A model generated the notes under the pieces. The model was not told the DNA's origin and did no database searches. It saw only the letters and a program-made list of their open reading frames with translations. Made by a program: the position numbers and the translations under genes. A stretch of DNA of 64,000 nt, from NCBI GenBank assembly GCA_027923505.1, contig BROI01000007.1:620001-684000 (forward strand). Reading direction: 5' to 3'. This DNA comes from Mayamaea pseudoterrestris (Eukaryota). Below, piece by piece: positions 59,217 to 64,000 of this stretch. Each line of letters starts with the position of its first letter. Position 1 is the first letter of the stretch.

Positions 59217-60848
59217 TCAATCGTAGTCAATCACGTCATCAATGCTAATCAAATTGCTGCTTTCTTCTCCTCGCCTGTCGTCATCCACTGCCGTGGCCAT
59301 TTCATCAACAGCGTCAGTTCCCAATACTCCCCAATCCTGCGGCGGCAGTGGAAGGACTGGATCGCACGAACGATCCAACAGGTAGTACGCCTGCTGCAAC
59401 AGATTGAGTGCGCGCTCGAAATCTTCGCGTGAGCAACGACCCGTCATCAACCCAGCTGGCCTGACAACGTCCAAGCAGCGACCAAGCGACATTAACGCTC
59501 CCTCGAGCACAACGTCTAGTGTTGCATCCTGTGGCCGCATGGCTTTTCGAATGCTTTGCAATGTCGGCTCCGTCTGATACAAGCCCTCCATGTCGGCCAA
59601 AATGCTGTTGCGGACAGCCACTAGCACCTTGTAATTGTCGGCTTGAAAGAACTCGCGATCGTTAATGACTCCACGCAGATTCGACAAGACAGGAACCAAG
59701 TCTTGGGCACTTTTGTATGTCTTTCCTGCTAACGCACGAACCGGATCGTTAAAGTTCGTGGACGTGACCGTGTAGAAGAATGACCAGCTTGTAGTCGTTG
59801 ATGAGCCGGCGAGCTGGGTGAGGGCGCGAAGAGCACTTTGGTTGGGCGACCGCACATGAATATCATTCAGCTGACAAAGCTGATACTCGGAGGAAAAGAA
59901 GGAAAAGTGAATGGACAGCTTTTTGCGAAAGTTCTTGGCAGACTCTTGATCGATGTCAACTCGTGTTTCCTCGTTCACCATGGCTTCAATCCACTGCGGC
60001 TTGCAATGTGTTTGTATATACTGAACGACTTCTTGTAGCGCCTTTTGGTCAATGGAGTGATGCTCGAGACGAATTTCGGTTCGTCGTAGTTGCAGTCCGA
60101 CCGACTTGCACAAGTGTCGAAAGTAGAGGTAGCTTCCATCCGCGTCCGCCACCAAGTTCTTTCCACCGTCGTCGCCACTCCTTGGTCCGACAAAGACAAT
60201 GAGATCGGGCTCATAGTCTTCCTCCACCATTCTCTTGACGAGACATTGTATGCGAGCAGCACCTTCTATGGATATACAATCGTCTGACAGTGCCTTGGCA
60301 AGCAAAACGGCAACATCGCGCTTGTGCGAGGTGTTTGGCCTGGGCGTTTTCAGGTTGTGCTTCTGGACAGACCTTAAGGAGTCGCCAGGTCGTCGAAAGA
60401 CTTCAAATTTTGAAATGCGGGCTAGCTCTCGATCAAGCTCGGCCATTAACTGTCGAACTGTTTTGAGTTTCGGTTTCGTCGAATCCAAACCTTCATTCGT
60501 TTTGGATGCAATGTAGGCGCGGGTTGCTGCTTGCTTTAGGCGCTTGACAACACTTTCCTTGTTACTGATAGTTGCAGTTGCCGTCGCAGATGTTTCATTG
60601 TTACGTTTTCGAGGAATCTGCTTCTTCTTTAAATCCGAGGATGACGTTGCTAATTGTATTGTTTTCAAATGATGATGTCGTCGAGTTGTTAAATCCAATC
60701 GACTCGGCGAAAAGGAATCAATGAAGAGAGTCAAACAGCTTGATATAATTACTATATGGACTAGGCGCCAAGTTATGCATGATTTTGAAAGATTTATCGA
60801 TAAAGAAAAGGTTGTCATGGCGGATTTTGACGGTGATTTGAAACTCAT
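59217..60848 (-). CDS. Hypothetical protein, possibly degenerate DUF218/YdcF-like fold
   Basis: 543-aa ORF; VAVLLAKAL..ARI..LIVFVG..FFSSEYQL loosely follows the DUF218 pattern. Confidence 0.6.
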   Translation of the reverse strand: MSFKSPSKSAMTTFSLSINLSKSCITWRLVHIVIISSCLTLFIDSFSPSRLDLTTRRHHHLKTIQLATSSSDLKKKQIPRKRNNETSATATATISNKESVVKRLKQAATRAYIASKTNEGLDSTKPKLKTVRQLMAELDRELARISKFEVFRRPGDSLRSVQKHNLKTPRPNTSHKRDVAVLLAKALSDDCISIEGAARIQCLVKRMVEEDYEPDLIVFVGPRSGDDGGKNLVADADGSYLYFRHLCKSVGLQLRRTEIRLEHHSIDQKALQEVVQYIQTHCKPQWIEAMVNEETRVDIDQESAKNFRKKLSIHFSFFSSEYQLCQLNDIHVRSPNQSALRALTQLAGSSTTTSWSFFYTVTSTNFNDPVRALAGKTYKSAQDLVPVLSNLRGVINDREFFQADNYKVLVAVRNSILADMEGLYQTEPTLQSIRKAMRPQDATLDVVLEGALMSLGRCLDVVRPAGLMTGRCSREDFERALNLLQQAYYLLDRSCDPVLPLPPQDWGVLGTDAVDEMATAVDDDRRGEESSNLISIDDVIDYD

Positions 60849-61091
60849 CGTCCATGGTCGACAAGCCCGTCAATTACTCCTCCGCGTCTCATTTGTCATG
60901 TCAAGCAACCGTTCGCCATCATCTTGAGAACGCCAAAAATAGCCAATCAGTGGCGTCCAATTTCATTGCAATTCGGGGTCGTCCCTGACCCCCGGAATGC
61001 TTTTTGGATTCCACTTCAACGAGCCCGCCATGGAATTTTCTTGTCCATTCGCATGAAGCTTTTTCATCATTGACTACCGACTACATCATAC

Positions 61092-61658
61092 ATGAACATG
61101 CATTCACAACGAATAGTATTCAGTTTGATAATACTAGCTGCAGCAGCAACGGAGGCACTGCAGCTGCGACCAGTGGCTTCCAAATTCGAATCGACAAGAT
61201 GTCTCTTTGCAACGAACCGTCGGCTGCATCCACAAATCACTTTGCCACAACAACCACTGCGCATGTCGACGGAGGATGTTTCGCCCGACAATGATGTTCA
61301 ACCACTGGCATTACCAGAGAACAGTGAAACGAGCGTTATCAGTAACGACGACGACATTGCGCTGGATGAAACAAGGCAAGCTAGAACGAGCAATTCACAG
61401 GGAGCTCCATCGGGCGGCGTGGCGCGAACGTTGCTGCTTGCCGCGCCACTCTTTTTCAAGTTTGTCATTGTCCTATGCATCAAGTTTTTAACCGATTTGG
61501 TGGTATTTCCGCTTCTATTCTTGTATCGCATGGCGCGGCTGGTCAAGCGAAAAATATTGAAAGCAGTCTTTCCGAATGACGACAAGGCAAAGAATGGATT
61601 GAATGGTCGCGTCAATGGAGCGACTGGCTCTAGCAGTGAGAGCAACACATCACCTTGA
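61092..61658 (+). CDS. Hypothetical presequence-bearing membrane protein
   Basis: Signal peptide, transit-like stretch, hydrophobic hairpin. Confidence 0.65.
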   Translation: MNMHSQRIVFSLIILAAAATEALQLRPVASKFESTRCLFATNRRLHPQITLPQQPLRMSTEDVSPDNDVQPLALPENSETSVISNDDDIALDETRQARTSNSQGAPSGGVARTLLLAAPLFFKFVIVLCIKFLTDLVVFPLLFLYRMARLVKRKILKAVFPNDDKAKNGLNGRVNGATGSSSESNTSP

Positions 61659-62010
61659 AGCTGTGGCTGGTGTGTGCTGCTGGAAGACGAGCCGAGAGTG
61701 CCATGCCATCATGCCATTCCATACGTTGAGCACCCTGCCACCGAACCAGTTTCAGTGGGTGCCTTGTTCTTATACGCCAGTATTTGGTTCATCTGAGCGT
61801 GTTTGTCTCAGGAGAGTCGGAGTCATTATAATTGGAGATTCATAAGTCCTTTTTAATACGTGAAATATAGTAAATTGCGTGCAATGCCCAGCTGTTAGCT
61901 CTATGATTAGCTATGTATGTTATTGGTCTGCCTCATTGCCCAACTCCATCCACCGTTGACCGGCTGTACACACACTCAACTTTTGTCTCGCGCTAGTACG
62001 CATGTTGTAA

Positions 62011-63423
62011 TCATATTGTAGGTGGATATGATACGTGAAGCAGCAGACTCGTCGCAGCCAAGGCGCCACCAAACCATTGTGTCGCCGTCACCTTTTTGGA
62101 GCGCTTCACTCCATCACTTGCGTCCGCAGCAGCCACTGGCATATAGTTTTGCAGCAAGCCAGATAGAAACATGCCGAATATCAGCGAGAATCCCTTTTGG
62201 ACTGCACCGGCATACTTGGTGACCAAGCCGACCAATAAACCGCCCGCGGCATTGGTCAAGAGAGGGATCCACGTTTGCTTGGTCCATCCGGTCCACATGG
62301 ATGATGGAGCTGATGCTGGTGTCGCTGCAGTCATGTTGTCGCTACTACCAATGGTTTTGCTGGTCTCGCTCTTGTTCGTATTTGTTCCTTGTCGAAGCTG
62401 TTGAAAAACCTTTGTTACACTCATAATGACAATGGAGCAGGTGGCCAGCTCCATGTTGAAAATCATGGCGTTGCGAGAATGGACCTGCAGACTCTTTTGC
62501 GCCAAGGCTCCGGCCAGCCCCGAGGTGGTGCTGGCGACAAGGACTGGAACGACTCCCGTCCAAAAGGAATCCTCCGAAAGCGAGTCGGCTGAAGTTGGCG
62601 ACTCTGTTTTCGATTTTTTGGAAACTGCTGACACTAGCTTTCCCAGTGAGCCTTCCATGATGAGTGCAGCCAGAACAAGTAGAAAGAGCGCCACCATTTG
62701 CTGAGGCGACTGCTTTTGTCCAAGCAAAAAGTAGCAAAAAATGGCTGCACTCAGCGTTTTCGTTTGATTGAGGACATTGTACGTTATCGGAGACAAGTGC
62801 TGATAGGCCATGAGACTGCAAATGTTCTGTACAAGATACAGCATGGAAGGTATTCCTGCCGCTTGGAGTGCACTGACAATCGTCCAGCCTTGGGCTGCAG
62901 TCGCCAAGCTTCGGTTCAGCAAAATGAGCGACATGAGAATACGAATAACATCCTGCATGAGCACGTAGGTTCCTCGCTGAATGGACTTGCTGGCAAACGA
63001 TTTCGTCAACACAGGTTGGAAGGCAAACTGAAGGCAAAGGAGAATCATGCTGATGCCTCCGATCTGATTCGTCGATGCTGCAATGGCATTCGTTGCAAAA
63101 AGTGTTGTTGCGACTTGTTTCTTGGTCTTGAGAGTACCTACAGAAACAAGACTATTTCTCTTACAACGATCAACACCCACAATATCATACGCTGGCCGTA
63201 TTTGAGATGTTCTTGACGCCGAAAGTGATGTATGAATAGGTCTGGTCGAGAATGATGTCGTTGTAGGGAGCAGAATGGCGAAAAGGATCAGCATCGACAT
63301 GACTCGTCTCGCCCTTGTCGCCTGGCGATGTGCCGCAGTAACCATTGGACCACTGGTTCCTACAAGTAGTATACTCGTCGGCGACGGGCTGTCAACTATG
63401 TGACCATGTTGAAATCGGATCAT
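62011..63423 (-). CDS. Nucleotide-sugar transporter (SLC35A family); start uncertain
   Basis: PSMLYLVQN, YNVLNQTKTLSAA, GGLLVGLVTKYAGAVQKGF. Confidence 0.9.
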   Translation of the reverse strand: MIRFQHGHIVDSPSPTSILLVGTSGPMVTAAHRQATRARRVMSMLILFAILLPTTTSFSTRPIHTSLSASRTSQIRPAYDIVGVDRCKRNSLVSVGTLKTKKQVATTLFATNAIAASTNQIGGISMILLCLQFAFQPVLTKSFASKSIQRGTYVLMQDVIRILMSLILLNRSLATAAQGWTIVSALQAAGIPSMLYLVQNICSLMAYQHLSPITYNVLNQTKTLSAAIFCYFLLGQKQSPQQMVALFLLVLAALIMEGSLGKLVSAVSKKSKTESPTSADSLSEDSFWTGVVPVLVASTTSGLAGALAQKSLQVHSRNAMIFNMELATCSIVIMSVTKVFQQLRQGTNTNKSETSKTIGSSDNMTAATPASAPSSMWTGWTKQTWIPLLTNAAGGLLVGLVTKYAGAVQKGFSLIFGMFLSGLLQNYMPVAAADASDGVKRSKKVTATQWFGGALAATSLLLHVSYPPTI

Positions 63424-63759
63424 GGCGATGATGGATCTTCGATCTTCGGCATCATCCGTTTTCTACTACTGTCGCAGCGTTGTTCGATTCGTCGAAATCG
63501 AACCACTCATGCGGTCGGCTGGTCGACTGCTACCGGTAGTCATGCACAAAGACAATGATGTATTGCGAGGTATAGACTCAATATTTTTGAAATAATAAGC
63601 ACGGGTTGCTATGAGTCAAACCATGCTGCTTTCGCAAGTGATGCAATCCAGCTCCAGTCTCCATTCCACATGCCTGCTGCCTGCTGTCGCAGCATATGAG
63701 CTAACAAACCTAAAGAAGCAACGATTCAACTCTTGAAACCCTCTTACTATATGATTTAA

Positions 63760-63984
63760 CTATTGCTTGCTTTCATATTGCTCCGGCGTCCATGTCTTCA
63801 TTGTCAGAGCATGAATTTGTGGCATGAGATCTTTGAGGCAATCATTGACCATGCGGTGCCTCTTGATGAGGGAAACTCCCTCAAACTTTGAACTGACGAC
63901 AACGAGCTCAATTTTGGCGCCGGAGCAATGGTCGTCGGTAAAGTCGACGACTTCAGTGTGCGTCGCTTCCAAGTCGACGTTGCA
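63760..63984 (-). CDS. BolA-family protein, last exon (5' end outside window)
   Basis: VVVSSKFEGVSLIKRHRMVN, IHALTMKTWTPEQY. Confidence 0.92.
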   Translation of the reverse strand, partial: CNVDLEATHTEVVDFTDDHCSGAKIELVVVSSKFEGVSLIKRHRMVNDCLKDLMPQIHALTMKTWTPEQYESKQ

Positions 63985-64000
63985 CTGGAATGAAATTGAA

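Overview
Eukaryotic nuclear DNA, by inference from a diatom: compact genes with short GT-AG introns, bipartite plastid presequences and CoDi-type Ty1/copia elements. Bases 1-10.3 kb are a composite tandem array of two related, dyad-rich satellites (169 bp and 180/181 bp) in opposite orientations. An intact copia retrotransposon with apparently identical 395-bp LTRs and a chromodomain-like module is inserted in this array. The rest is gene-dense (UBC6-like E2, TMEM234, ISCU, glutaredoxin, NDC80, IMPase, PHO88/SND3, TPT, RPS24, HSPBP1, PhyH, TRF4-like nucleotidyltransferase, SET/LSMT, CDP-DAG synthase, ProRS, RPS21, class C GPCR, Trx-like, M6 protease, SLC35A, BolA). A second copia (33554-38764) has non-identical LTRs, no target-site duplication and a frameshift, and appears to have removed the 5' ends of both flanking genes. 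The most notable signal is that this element's primer-binding position is not tRNA-like but is complementary over 15 nt to an Inr-adjacent sequence in its own LTR, the geometry of Tf1-style self-priming. All calls come from reading the sequence by eye; no searches were run.
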